Source: Candidatus Culexarchaeum nevadense
Lineage (GTDB): Archaea; Thermoproteota; Methanomethylicia; Culexarchaeales; Culexarchaeaceae
Direction: 5' to 3'
Assembly: GCA_025060975.1 (NCBI GenBank)
Contig: JANZKA010000002.1
Coordinates: 5,629 to 69,628 of the forward strand
DNA length: 64,000 nucleotides
The notes beneath the pieces were generated by a model. It did not search any database. It was not told where the DNA came from and saw only the letters and a list, made by a program, of their open reading frames with translations. Of the stretch, positions 19,183 through 27,780 are shown in pieces. Position numbers and translations under genes: made by a program. Numbering within the stretch: the stretch's first letter is position 1; each line of letters starts with the position of its first letter.

Positions 19183-19240
19183 ACTAAACTGTTAACCTTA
19201 ACTGATCACTTCAATGGTACCCTTTTATTCGTAGCTCCTT

Positions 19241-19663
19241 TCATATTACTCTAAGCGCTTCTGATAATGGATGCCCTTTACAGTGTAGCATGAACTCCTT
19301 ATAATACCCAAATGGTGATTGTTTTACTTGATACCCCTTTTCCATTAAATTTTGTGTTATTATCCTCAAAGCCTTAACGGTTACTTCTAATCCCCCCAAT
19401 TGATTGGATAAATGTGCATATGGATATAATATCACCTTCTTCACACCTATTCTTGAGGATACTTCCATTATTGATTCAACTGCTTTCAAACATTTCTCTT
19501 CAATTCTATCTTCATCTATTGATTCTATACATGTGAATGCTACTAGGACGTCTTCTTCCATCCCCTCTCTGTTTTCATCGGTTAATTCATCTCTGATGGG
19601 TATTCTAACGGGTTTTGTAACTTTCCACCAAAATTTTTCGGCATGGATTAATAGGATTCTCAT
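19241..19663 (-). CDS. free-standing ThrRS-type editing domain protein (tRNA-Thr-ED, DTD-like fold)
   Basis: MRILLIHAE.., VLVAFTCIE, ILYPYAHLSNQL, SPFGYYKEFMLHCKGHPLSE. These match, from memory, the N-terminal editing domain of archaeal ThrRS. The ORF ends after 140 aa. Confidence 0.75.
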   Translation of the reverse strand: MRILLIHAEKFWWKVTKPVRIPIRDELTDENREGMEEDVLVAFTCIESIDEDRIEEKCLKAVESIMEVSSRIGVKKVILYPYAHLSNQLGGLEVTVKALRIITQNLMEKGYQVKQSPFGYYKEFMLHCKGHPLSEALRVI

Positions 19664-19723
19664 AAGCTATCACAATAAACTTAATCTTTTATAGTAAATA
19701 TAAGTGTAATTCGTGGTGTTGAA

Positions 19724-20518
19724 ATGCGTGTTGCATCTGTCCAATTTAATGCTAGTAGATCTAAGGATGAGAATCTTAAGAGGATTTTGAGTTATATTGA
19801 GTATGCATCTAAAATTGGCGTTGAACTTGTTGTCTTCCCAGAATATTCCATGTTTTTCCCATTGGATAGGGATTCATTGAAGTTTTCAGAGTGTATTGAT
19901 GGGGGCTTTATAGGTGAAATCAAGCGTTATGCGAGAGATTGCAATGTCAATGTTGTCGTGAATTTTTCTGAGAAAGCTGATGATCCGCATGGAAGGGTTT
20001 ATGATACTTCAGTTTTAATATCTAGTTCTGGTGAAGTTCTTTCAGTTTATCGTAAAACCCATCTTTTTGATGCATTTAATGTTAGGGAATCGGATTACAT
20101 AGTTCCAGGAAATTCGTTGGCTAAACCTGTTAGGCTAGGTGAATTCAATGTTGGTTTGCTAATATGTTATGATATTCGCTTCCCGGAAACTGCTAGAAAC
20201 TTGGCTCTTAATGGATGTACATTGATTTGTGTTTCTTCAGCATGGTATGGTGGAGTTTTGAAGGAAGTTCATTTATTAACTATGATTGTGGCTAGAGCTA
20301 TAGAGAATGGAGTTTATGTGGTTATGGCAAATCAGACTCAACCAAGATTTTGTGGTAGGAGTTGTATAGTTGATCCGTATGGTGTGATGTTGGCGGATGC
20401 TGGTGAACGTGAAGGTGTAATGGTGTATAGTGATATAAGTGTTGAGAGATTGAATGATGTTAGGAGAAATCTACCATTACTATCTCAGAGGAGACCTGAA
20501 CTATATATTCAAAAATGA
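19724..20518 (+). CDS. carbon-nitrogen hydrolase (nitrilase-superfamily amidase)
   Basis: Glu-Lys-Cys triad contexts: VVFPEYS, YRKTHLFD, LLICYDIRFPE. Confidence 0.85.
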   Translation: MRVASVQFNASRSKDENLKRILSYIEYASKIGVELVVFPEYSMFFPLDRDSLKFSECIDGGFIGEIKRYARDCNVNVVVNFSEKADDPHGRVYDTSVLISSSGEVLSVYRKTHLFDAFNVRESDYIVPGNSLAKPVRLGEFNVGLLICYDIRFPETARNLALNGCTLICVSSAWYGGVLKEVHLLTMIVARAIENGVYVVMANQTQPRFCGRSCIVDPYGVMLADAGEREGVMVYSDISVERLNDVRRNLPLLSQRRPELYIQK

Positions 20519-20562
20519 ATTGATGTGTAGTAGAATTGGCGGGTTATGTATGATTGTTTCCA

Positions 20563-21015
20563 TTAGGGCTTTGTGAAAACCTCCTTTAATATCTTCTCAA
20601 TCCACATTTTATCCTTTTCATCGAAACTTCCCAATTGATCACTATCAACATCGAATACAGCTATTACCTCCCCTCTTGAATTGAATACGGGTGCTGATAT
20701 CTCAGATTTTGATCTTGGGTCACATACTATGTGTCCTGGAAACTTATCTACATCTGGAACTATTATTGTTTCTCTAAGTCTATATGCCGTTCCACAAACC
20801 CCTGTGTATGCTATTCTTGCACATGCGGGGGGACCCATTGAAGGGCCTAGTTCTAGATACTCTTCTCTTGGAATATAGAATCCAACCCAGAAGTAGTATG
20901 GGATATTTCTCTTCATAACTTCGCATATTATCTTCATTCTCTCAAATAACTCTTTATCTTTAATTCTCTCAATTATTTCACTATAGCATTTCTCGTAGAT
21001 TTCATCTTTATTCAC
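20563..21015 (-). CDS. GAF-domain free methionine-(R)-sulfoxide reductase (fRMsr/YebR-like)
   Basis: WVGFY..LGPSMGPPACARIAYTGVCGTA..VPDVDKFPGHIVCDPRSKSEISAPV..IAVFDVDS, which parallels E. coli YebR motifs. Confidence 0.8.
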   Translation of the reverse strand: MNKDEIYEKCYSEIIERIKDKELFERMKIICEVMKRNIPYYFWVGFYIPREEYLELGPSMGPPACARIAYTGVCGTAYRLRETIIVPDVDKFPGHIVCDPRSKSEISAPVFNSRGEVIAVFDVDSDQLGSFDEKDKMWIEKILKEVFTKP

Positions 21016-21073
21016 GGGTTACCACCACTTATATTGAGGGTAAAACTATTATTCATATTTTTCATTCATAAAT

Positions 21074-21919
21074 TTGATTGTGGTTGAATTGTCTGTTGAA
21101 ATAATTTTCCTTGGGACTGGTGGTGGAAGGTTTTCGATGGTTACTCAGAAGAGGAGGACTGGTGGTATTAGGATTATTAGTTCTAAGTCTAATATTCATG
21201 TGGATCCAGGTCCAGGGGCATTAGTTTACTCTATTGAGATGGGTTTAGATCCACGTAAAATCAATGGGATACTGGTTTCACATGCTCATCCAGATCATTC
21301 CAATGATGTTGCTGTGATGATAGAGGCTATGAGTGAAGGTACCACTATAAAGAGAGGGGTTTTACTGGCTTCTACTAGTGTCTTATATGGTAATGATGTT
21401 TGTGAGAAGGTTTTATCGAAGTATCATCAATCAATACCTTCAGAAGTTTATGAAGCTAAGATCGGTTTTTCAATGGTTATAGGTGATTTGGAGGTTAAGG
21501 TTTGTAAAGCTGTTCATAGTGATCCAAGTACTATTGGTTTTAGATTTAGAACTCAGTATGGAGATTTCGCCTATATTCCTGACTCCGAATATTTTGATGA
21601 TGTTGAAGAATACTATGGTGGTGTTAGACTAATCATACTTTCAGTTTTGAGGCCTGGTGGTAAACCTTGGGAGGGGCATATGACCAGTGTGGATGCTGCT
21701 AAAATTATTAATAAGATTAAGCCTGAGAAGGCTATTATAACCCATTTTGGGATGCATATGATTATGAAGAGCCCTGAGTCTGAGGCTAGGTGGATTGAGA
21801 ATGAAACTGGTGTTCCAACAATAGCAGCAAGGGATTATATGAAGGTGAGGTTTGGTAAGAGTATTGATTTCTCATTTATGGAAAAACAGATGGATTTAAG
21901 AAGATTCCTTAATTATTAA
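21074..21919 (+). CDS. MBL-fold metallo-hydrolase
   Basis: FLGTGGG.. and HAHPDH metal-binding motif. TTG start as called; the true start is uncertain. Confidence 0.75.
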   Translation: MIVVELSVEIIFLGTGGGRFSMVTQKRRTGGIRIISSKSNIHVDPGPGALVYSIEMGLDPRKINGILVSHAHPDHSNDVAVMIEAMSEGTTIKRGVLLASTSVLYGNDVCEKVLSKYHQSIPSEVYEAKIGFSMVIGDLEVKVCKAVHSDPSTIGFRFRTQYGDFAYIPDSEYFDDVEEYYGGVRLIILSVLRPGGKPWEGHMTSVDAAKIINKIKPEKAIITHFGMHMIMKSPESEARWIENETGVPTIAARDYMKVRFGKSIDFSFMEKQMDLRRFLNY

Positions 21920-22621
21920 GTTTAAAGCTTCCTTTACTTTTCTTCCTACAATGCTTTCCAGAAGACTTTCTACATCCCCAATTTTGTTTTCTAAGTCTTG
22001 TTGGAATGGTATTTCCACTAATACTTTTTTGTTAAGTTTCTTATACTCGTTTGTTTCAATACCCATGATCATGTTTACTATTACTCCAATTATTTCTCCA
22101 CTTTGTTCTTCCAGTAATTTTATAAGTTTCTTAACAGTTTCCATAGCTAATTTTGATGGTGTTACTACAATTACGAATTTTATCCTCCAATTAATTCTCA
22201 GCAAGTCTAGTATTATATCGCTTATCCCTGGAGGTGCATCTATTATTAGGTAGTCTAGTTCCCCCCATCTAGTTATGGATAATAGTTCTATTAGAGCGTT
22301 GGAGATGTCTATACCTCTCAATGGTGTTGGATTATTTTTCGTGTAGTATGTGATTGTCATATACTTTAATCCATGGATTTCTGGAGGTATTACCCCCTTC
22401 TCCTCTTTCGGCGTTAATTCTTCAGCATTTAATATTATGTGTGTGGCTGGACTTGTGAAGTCTGTGTCTAGTAATCCAACTTTGTACCCCATTCTGGAGA
22501 GTTGTAGTGCCATTATTGTTGAAATTATGCTTTTACCTACACCCCCCTTCCCGCTAACCACTGCTATAACGTTTCTAATGTTTTTAACATGTTCATTTAT
22601 TGCAGTTATCCTTGGATCCAT
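21896..22621 (-). CDS. Mrp/MinD-family P-loop ATPase, candidate Mrp-type HypB
   Basis: Deviant Walker A VVSGKGGVGKS and IIDAPPG. No CxxC Fe-S carrier motif. The ATG at 22621-22619 overlaps the hypA TGA by 1 nt (TGATG); the ORF track extends to 22651. Confidence 0.75.
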   Translation of the reverse strand: MDPRITAINEHVKNIRNVIAVVSGKGGVGKSIISTIMALQLSRMGYKVGLLDTDFTSPATHIILNAEELTPKEEKGVIPPEIHGLKYMTITYYTKNNPTPLRGIDISNALIELLSITRWGELDYLIIDAPPGISDIILDLLRINWRIKFVIVVTPSKLAMETVKKLIKLLEEQSGEIIGVIVNMIMGIETNEYKKLNKKVLVEIPFQQDLENKIGDVESLLESIVGRKVKEALNLIIKESS

Positions 22622-23022
22622 CAAGTAACACCACTTATGCTTTCTATCCAAACCCCCCTACCACTTATTATTTCGAAGTCTGGACTTCCACACTTCTGGC
22701 ATCTCATGAATGTATGTGCTACTTCTGGTATGAAGTGTATGGCTTCTTTAACATCTTCACTCAAACTTTCATCTTTAAACTTCCATCTATATCCACACTT
22801 TCTACACATCATTTCTGCTTCAATAGTTTCTAGCTTGAATTCCACATTCTCCAGATTCCTTTCTGATTTTAGTTCTGAAAGGGCGAATTTGAATATTTCA
22901 ATATCTATTTGTTGTAGTTCTCCAATTTTAATGACAACTTCCTTTACTTCTTTTAACCCCTTTTCTTTTGCAATTCTTAATACGGACATTACCACAGCTT
23001 CTGCGAGAGCCCATTCATGCAT
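22621..23022 (-). CDS. hypA: hydrogenase nickel-insertion protein HypA
   Basis: MHEWALAE N-terminal Ni-binding motif (MHE) and zinc site CRKCG...CQKCGS. 133 aa. Confidence 0.88.
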   Translation of the reverse strand: MHEWALAEAVVMSVLRIAKEKGLKEVKEVVIKIGELQQIDIEIFKFALSELKSERNLENVEFKLETIEAEMMCRKCGYRWKFKDESLSEDVKEAIHFIPEVAHTFMRCQKCGSPDFEIISGRGVWIESISGVT

Positions 23023-23056
23023 TTTGATTTCACAACCATTGCTGTTATATTATCGA

Positions 23057-24265
23057 TTATCTCATTTCTTCTTTTATTACTTGTGAAAGTCTTCTTACCC
23101 CTTCCACTATTTGCTCTTTTGATGGGTATGTGAAGTTTAATCTCATGGCATTTCTAACTGACTTATCTGGGTAGAATGATCTTCCAGGGACATATGCAAC
23201 CTTATACTTCTCTATTGCTTTTTGGGCTATTAGTTCTGTGTCAACCCCTTCTGGGGCCCATGCAAATATGAACATTCCTCCGACGGGTTTAACCCATTTG
23301 GATCCATTTGGCATATATGTTTCGAGGGAGCTCATCATCACGTCCCTTTTCTCCCTATAAATCTCCCTAATTCTTGGTAGATGCTTTTCCAGTAATCCAG
23401 TTTTTAGAGCTTCTGCAGCTATGTATTGGCTTAATGGTGATGTGCATAGGTCTGCAACTTCCTTAGCCAATATTATCTTCTCTATTATCTTCTCGTTTCC
23501 AGCCATCCATCCAACTCTAAGTCCAGGTGCTATCATTTTACTGAATGTGCTCATGAAGACTACTCTATCTTCATTATCCATGGCTTTTAATGGTGTTGTT
23601 TCAACTTTCTCGTATAGGAAGTAGCTGTATGGGTCATCTTCTAGTATTAGGAGGTCGTATTTTGATGCTATTTCCATTAGATGCTTTCTCCTATCAAGGC
23701 TCATGGAGTATCCTGAGGGGTTTTGGCATGTGGGTATTGTGTATATGAACTTTATCTTCCTCTTCCTTCTAATGTTCTCCTTTATCTTCTCCTCCAATAT
23801 GTCTGTCTTCATACCATTATCATCTAATGGTATTCCAATTATGTTTGGCTGGTATGGTGCAAATGCATTTAAAGCTGCTAAGTATGTTGGGGCTTCTACA
23901 AATACTATGTCTCCTGGGTTTAGTAGAACTCTAGCCCATAGATCTAACCCTTGTTGACTTCCAGTTAATATTACGAGTTCTTCAACTCCTTTAACTTTTA
24001 TACCATTTTTACCCATGAATTTTATAACTTCTTCTAGTAGTATGTTATTTCCTCTGGTGGGACCGTATATTAATGCTTCCTCCCCGTACTCCAGTATGAC
24101 TCTCTTCGTGATTTCTGCAAGATCTTCTTTTGGTATATTTTTTGGATCTGGTATCCCCCCTCCAAAGCTAATTATATCTTTCTGTGTAGCCCACCTTAAT
24201 AGTCTCCTTATTTCTGATGGCCTCATATGTCCAGCTGTTTTAGAGAATAGTTTTTCATAGTTCAC
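23057..24265 (-). CDS. class I/II PLP-dependent aminotransferase (aromatic/2-aminoadipate type)
   Basis: STFSKMIAPGLRVGW PLP-lysine motif, NPSG, 402 aa. Confidence 0.85.
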   Translation of the reverse strand: MNYEKLFSKTAGHMRPSEIRRLLRWATQKDIISFGGGIPDPKNIPKEDLAEITKRVILEYGEEALIYGPTRGNNILLEEVIKFMGKNGIKVKGVEELVILTGSQQGLDLWARVLLNPGDIVFVEAPTYLAALNAFAPYQPNIIGIPLDDNGMKTDILEEKIKENIRRKRKIKFIYTIPTCQNPSGYSMSLDRRKHLMEIASKYDLLILEDDPYSYFLYEKVETTPLKAMDNEDRVVFMSTFSKMIAPGLRVGWMAGNEKIIEKIILAKEVADLCTSPLSQYIAAEALKTGLLEKHLPRIREIYREKRDVMMSSLETYMPNGSKWVKPVGGMFIFAWAPEGVDTELIAQKAIEKYKVAYVPGRSFYPDKSVRNAMRLNFTYPSKEQIVEGVRRLSQVIKEEMR

Positions 24266-24357
24266 TCCATACCACCATATTGTGGAATTTCAATGCTCTT
24301 TCTAATGCTCAATGTTTATAAGCATTTCTACTCTACACTTTATGGCATCATGTTTTT

Positions 24358-25782
24358 ATGGTGGGTTATTGTTTAAATTTTAATTGTATGATGGCTAGAG
24401 ATGTTTTGAAGTATTATTCGGATAGGAGAGTTGTAAGTGAAATTCTGGATTATTGTAGGATGCGTTGGGTTGCTGCTGAAGCTAAAAGTTCTGGTGAGAA
24501 GCGTATCTTCTTTAGATATTGGAGTAGGAATGGTCCACCTCTATCCTTTAAAGATGAAGCTTCATTTAAACGTTTCCTTGAGAGTCATGTGTGGATTAAT
24601 GTTAGAAGCTTTTATGGTTCCATAAACATATACAGCGTCCTTAATAAGCGTGAGGATCTAGAAGATCTAGATAACATTATTGGATGTACACCTATTTGGG
24701 ATGTTGATGGCTCACTCAGTAATGTTAAATTGACATTGGATGTGGCAAGGATTATCGTCAGCTTTCTTGAGAGTAAAGGGGTATGTAAATCTATTTACTT
24801 GAAGTGGTCTGGTAGAGGGTTACATATACATTTACATGAAAATGCAATTTCAAAGGATGTTTTAAGTAAAGTTCACCCACTTGATGTAGCTTATGCCATT
24901 GTTGAGTATACAATAAGTAAGTGTTGGGATAAGATTAGAGATATAGTTTTAAAGGTCTCTAACTTGGATAGGGAATTCAAAGTTGAGAATAAGATTGATA
25001 TTCAGAGAGTTTTCACTTCTCCATTATCTCTTCATAGGGAACATGATATAGTTGCTGTGTGCTTTAAACCAAATGAAATTGATTCTTTCGATATATCTTG
25101 GACTAACCCTTCATCATTTAAGCATAATATGGATTGGAGGGTTTATGTTGATGGTGAAGCTGATGAATTGGCTTTAGAAGCTTATAGGGAGGTTGGAGGA
25201 TATATCCCAAAGATGGGTTTAAAATCTAAGCATTCAAAACCCACTAAGAGTCTTTTATCCATGGCAATCAGTATACCCGCAATTAGTGGACATATTGGTA
25301 GATTTCAGACTATGGCTTTACTTCAAGCTGCGAGATACTACGTTTTGAGAGGGGATATCGATAAAGCTAAATCTTTCGGCTTGAATAGAGCCATATTCTA
25401 TGCTTGGGCAAAGTACTACAAACCTAAATATGGGTTCTCACGGAAGAGGTTTGAAGATGCAGGGGCTATTAGGGGTAAATACAATTTTGATAGTCTTGGA
25501 GATGAGAAGGTTCCTATTTCAAGTAGTGGATATTATGTTATAGGAGATGTCGTTCAAACTCCAGATAGCTTTGATAGGGAAATTGCAAGTAAGATAAGTT
25601 CTGTGGTTCCATTTAATATAGCTTGGGAAGCAGCTGTAGACTATGTTAAGAGGTTTTCTAAGGAGACTTTAGAGAGTCAGCAGGAATTCTATAAAAGAGT
25701 TTATGAGCCTGTGAGGGATAACTTTGTAAAGATAATCCAGGAATATGTAGCTTTCAAGAAGTTTATGGAGGATAAAAAGTGA
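24358..25782 (+). CDS. archaeo-eukaryotic primase (AEP)/PrimPol-like protein with uncharacterised C-terminal half
   Basis: Three AEP motifs in order: IWDVDGS (DxD, aa 115-117), WSGRGLHIHL (aa 150-159), DIQRVFTSPLSLH (aa 214-226). No Cys/His zinc knuckle between motifs I and II. About 220 aa of Cys-free, probably helical C-terminus. Confidence 0.65.
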   Translation: MVGYCLNFNCMMARDVLKYYSDRRVVSEILDYCRMRWVAAEAKSSGEKRIFFRYWSRNGPPLSFKDEASFKRFLESHVWINVRSFYGSINIYSVLNKREDLEDLDNIIGCTPIWDVDGSLSNVKLTLDVARIIVSFLESKGVCKSIYLKWSGRGLHIHLHENAISKDVLSKVHPLDVAYAIVEYTISKCWDKIRDIVLKVSNLDREFKVENKIDIQRVFTSPLSLHREHDIVAVCFKPNEIDSFDISWTNPSSFKHNMDWRVYVDGEADELALEAYREVGGYIPKMGLKSKHSKPTKSLLSMAISIPAISGHIGRFQTMALLQAARYYVLRGDIDKAKSFGLNRAIFYAWAKYYKPKYGFSRKRFEDAGAIRGKYNFDSLGDEKVPISSSGYYVIGDVVQTPDSFDREIASKISSVVPFNIAWEAAVDYVKRFSKETLESQQEFYKRVYEPVRDNFVKIIQEYVAFKKFMEDKK

Positions 25783-25787
25783 TTTAT

Positions 25788-26987
25788 TTAAGCTTTAATT
25801 CTGTACTCGATGTTTAGATCTGAAATTTTATCCTTATTCTTCTCCATCCAGCTCTTCACATAACTACATTCTACTACAACCTTCTTCCCTCTATTTTTAA
25901 CGTAATTTACTGCTACATCAATTATCTTTGAAGCTAATCCTAAACCCCTATATTCTGGGGGAGTGTAAGTGCTTATCATTCTAATTTCATCTTCTGTTTC
26001 TTCAATTCTATGATAGGCTTTAACTCCTTCCTCCAATTCTATGTAGAATATTTTCCCATCAAATTTTATGTCATTCATGCTCTTCTTTAATGCTTGAACA
26101 TACTTTAATGCTGATATAGCCGCCATGCATCCATCTCCACTTGCAATAGCCACTTGCATCCCCCTACCGGTTACATCTCCAGCTGCGTATACCCCTCTAA
26201 TATTGGTTTCTTGATTTAAGTTCACAGCTATGTATCCTTGATCGTTCAGTTTAATCCCAGCAGCTCTATATATCTCGGTTTTGGGTTCTTCTCTACTGGC
26301 AATGAAAATTCCAGCACATTTTATTTCAAAACTTTCATTATCTCTCACTATCTTGATAGATATACCATCTTCAATACCACTTAATTCTTCAATTCTCCCC
26401 TTCAATAACTCAACGTTACTGTACTTGGATGATTCCTCAATTACTCTTTCATTTAAAGTTTCAGTTATTACATATAGTTTCTCAGCATAATTGGATAAGA
26501 GCTCCATTTCGCTTAATATTTCCTCGTCTCTCCCAGTTAGAGCTATTGTTTTGCCTTTGTATAGTGGGCCATCACATTTGGCACAGTAACTCACCCCTCT
26601 ACCTATGAGTTCACTCTCCCCCTTAATAGTGGTTTCACCCTTCTCCCTGCCAGTAGCTATTATCAATGCGTATCCTCTATATTCTCCACCTTTACACTTT
26701 ACAATTTTTAATGCTCCTTTCACTTCTAATCCTAAAACTTGTTCTGGGTAAACTATTTTGGCTCCAAATTTTAATGCTTGATTATACATTCGCATTGCAA
26801 GATCCATGGGGTTTGGTAGTGTGGGAATTCCAGGATAATTTTCCAAACTTTTCATTTTCGCCAAATTTCCTCCTGGAGCATTCTTTTCAATAACTAATGT
26901 TTTGAGTCCAGTTCTAGAAGCACATATGGCTGCGGATAGCCCTGCTGGTCCAGCTCCAATTATGATTACATCGTATATTTCACTCAA
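25788..26987 (-). CDS. thioredoxin-reductase-like flavoprotein fused to a C-terminal small GNAT (YjdJ-like) domain
   Basis: FAD motif IIIGAGPAG, redox CAKC (aa 135-138), GVYAAGDV. The NADPH motifs are absent (see finding). Residues ~304-399 (..[25 protein letters not shown]..) look like a minimal GNAT. Confidence 0.8.
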   Translation of the reverse strand: MSEIYDVIIIGAGPAGLSAAICASRTGLKTLVIEKNAPGGNLAKMKSLENYPGIPTLPNPMDLAMRMYNQALKFGAKIVYPEQVLGLEVKGALKIVKCKGGEYRGYALIIATGREKGETTIKGESELIGRGVSYCAKCDGPLYKGKTIALTGRDEEILSEMELLSNYAEKLYVITETLNERVIEESSKYSNVELLKGRIEELSGIEDGISIKIVRDNESFEIKCAGIFIASREEPKTEIYRAAGIKLNDQGYIAVNLNQETNIRGVYAAGDVTGRGMQVAIASGDGCMAAISALKYVQALKKSMNDIKFDGKIFYIELEEGVKAYHRIEETEDEIRMISTYTPPEYRGLGLASKIIDVAVNYVKNRGKKVVVECSYVKSWMEKNKDKISDLNIEYRIKA

Positions 26988-27026
26988 TGTTTACCCCTCA
27001 TTTACCTACTAATTTATTTAAAGAGT

Positions 27027-27617
27027 TTAAATTTCCATTGGTTTTATGAATTTAAGTCCAGTGGACTTTAGAAGTTCAGTTAAATATTTTTGTCTACAAT
27101 TCTTTTCTACATTGCATGTTGCTCTATATGCTTCTTCCAAGTTTGATCCAGTTGCGAAGACTCCGTGTCCTCTAACTATCACTGCATTGCATGGCCCTAG
27201 GTTATCAACTATTTTTGTTCCAAGTTCTCTAGTTCCACTTTTCCCTTCAATCACCTTTATGCTTCCCATTTTAATTGCGGCTTCTATTTCAAGTGGTTCT
27301 ATTTCATTGAAGAAGTATGATACTGCAATTGTGTATGGTGGATGTGCGTGTATTATTGCCTTATAATCGGTTTTAATGTAAATTTCCCTGTGTACTGGTG
27401 CTTCGCTTGAAGCATGTTTATCGGCTTCGCTTTCATGTTTGAGGGGGATTTGAACTATATCTCTAATCGATATGTCTTCTAATGATGCTCCTCTACGGGT
27501 TATGTATATGTTTTCATTGACCTTTACACTTATGTTTCCCCCGTGACCACATACAAACCCCTTTTCAGTTAGTTTTCTACCATACTTTGCTATTTCTAGC
27601 TGTATATGTCTCCACAT
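27027..27617 (-). CDS. class II aldolase/adducin-family protein
   Basis: GHGGNISV and IHAHPPYT metal-binding region. 196 aa. Confidence 0.8.
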   Translation of the reverse strand: MWRHIQLEIAKYGRKLTEKGFVCGHGGNISVKVNENIYITRRGASLEDISIRDIVQIPLKHESEADKHASSEAPVHREIYIKTDYKAIIHAHPPYTIAVSYFFNEIEPLEIEAAIKMGSIKVIEGKSGTRELGTKIVDNLGPCNAVIVRGHGVFATGSNLEEAYRATCNVEKNCRQKYLTELLKSTGLKFIKPMEI

Positions 27618-27780
27618 AATTTCACATCAAATATTTTGAGTGATGTGGATTAATAATTGTATTGTTAACTTTGTTTAATTTGATGAATTTTATGTGTTAA
27701 ATTTCCATGCATTTTAATTACACTACTTATAACTAACTATATTTTTATCTACGTTCATCCAATTTTATAATTGATATTGA

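Noticed and set aside
24358-25782. Whether the AEP-like gene marks an integrated plasmid or virus.
   Set aside because: No integrase, helicase, att-like repeats or tRNA target are nearby. The flanking genes are ordinary metabolic genes with the same strand-dependent composition as the rest of the window.
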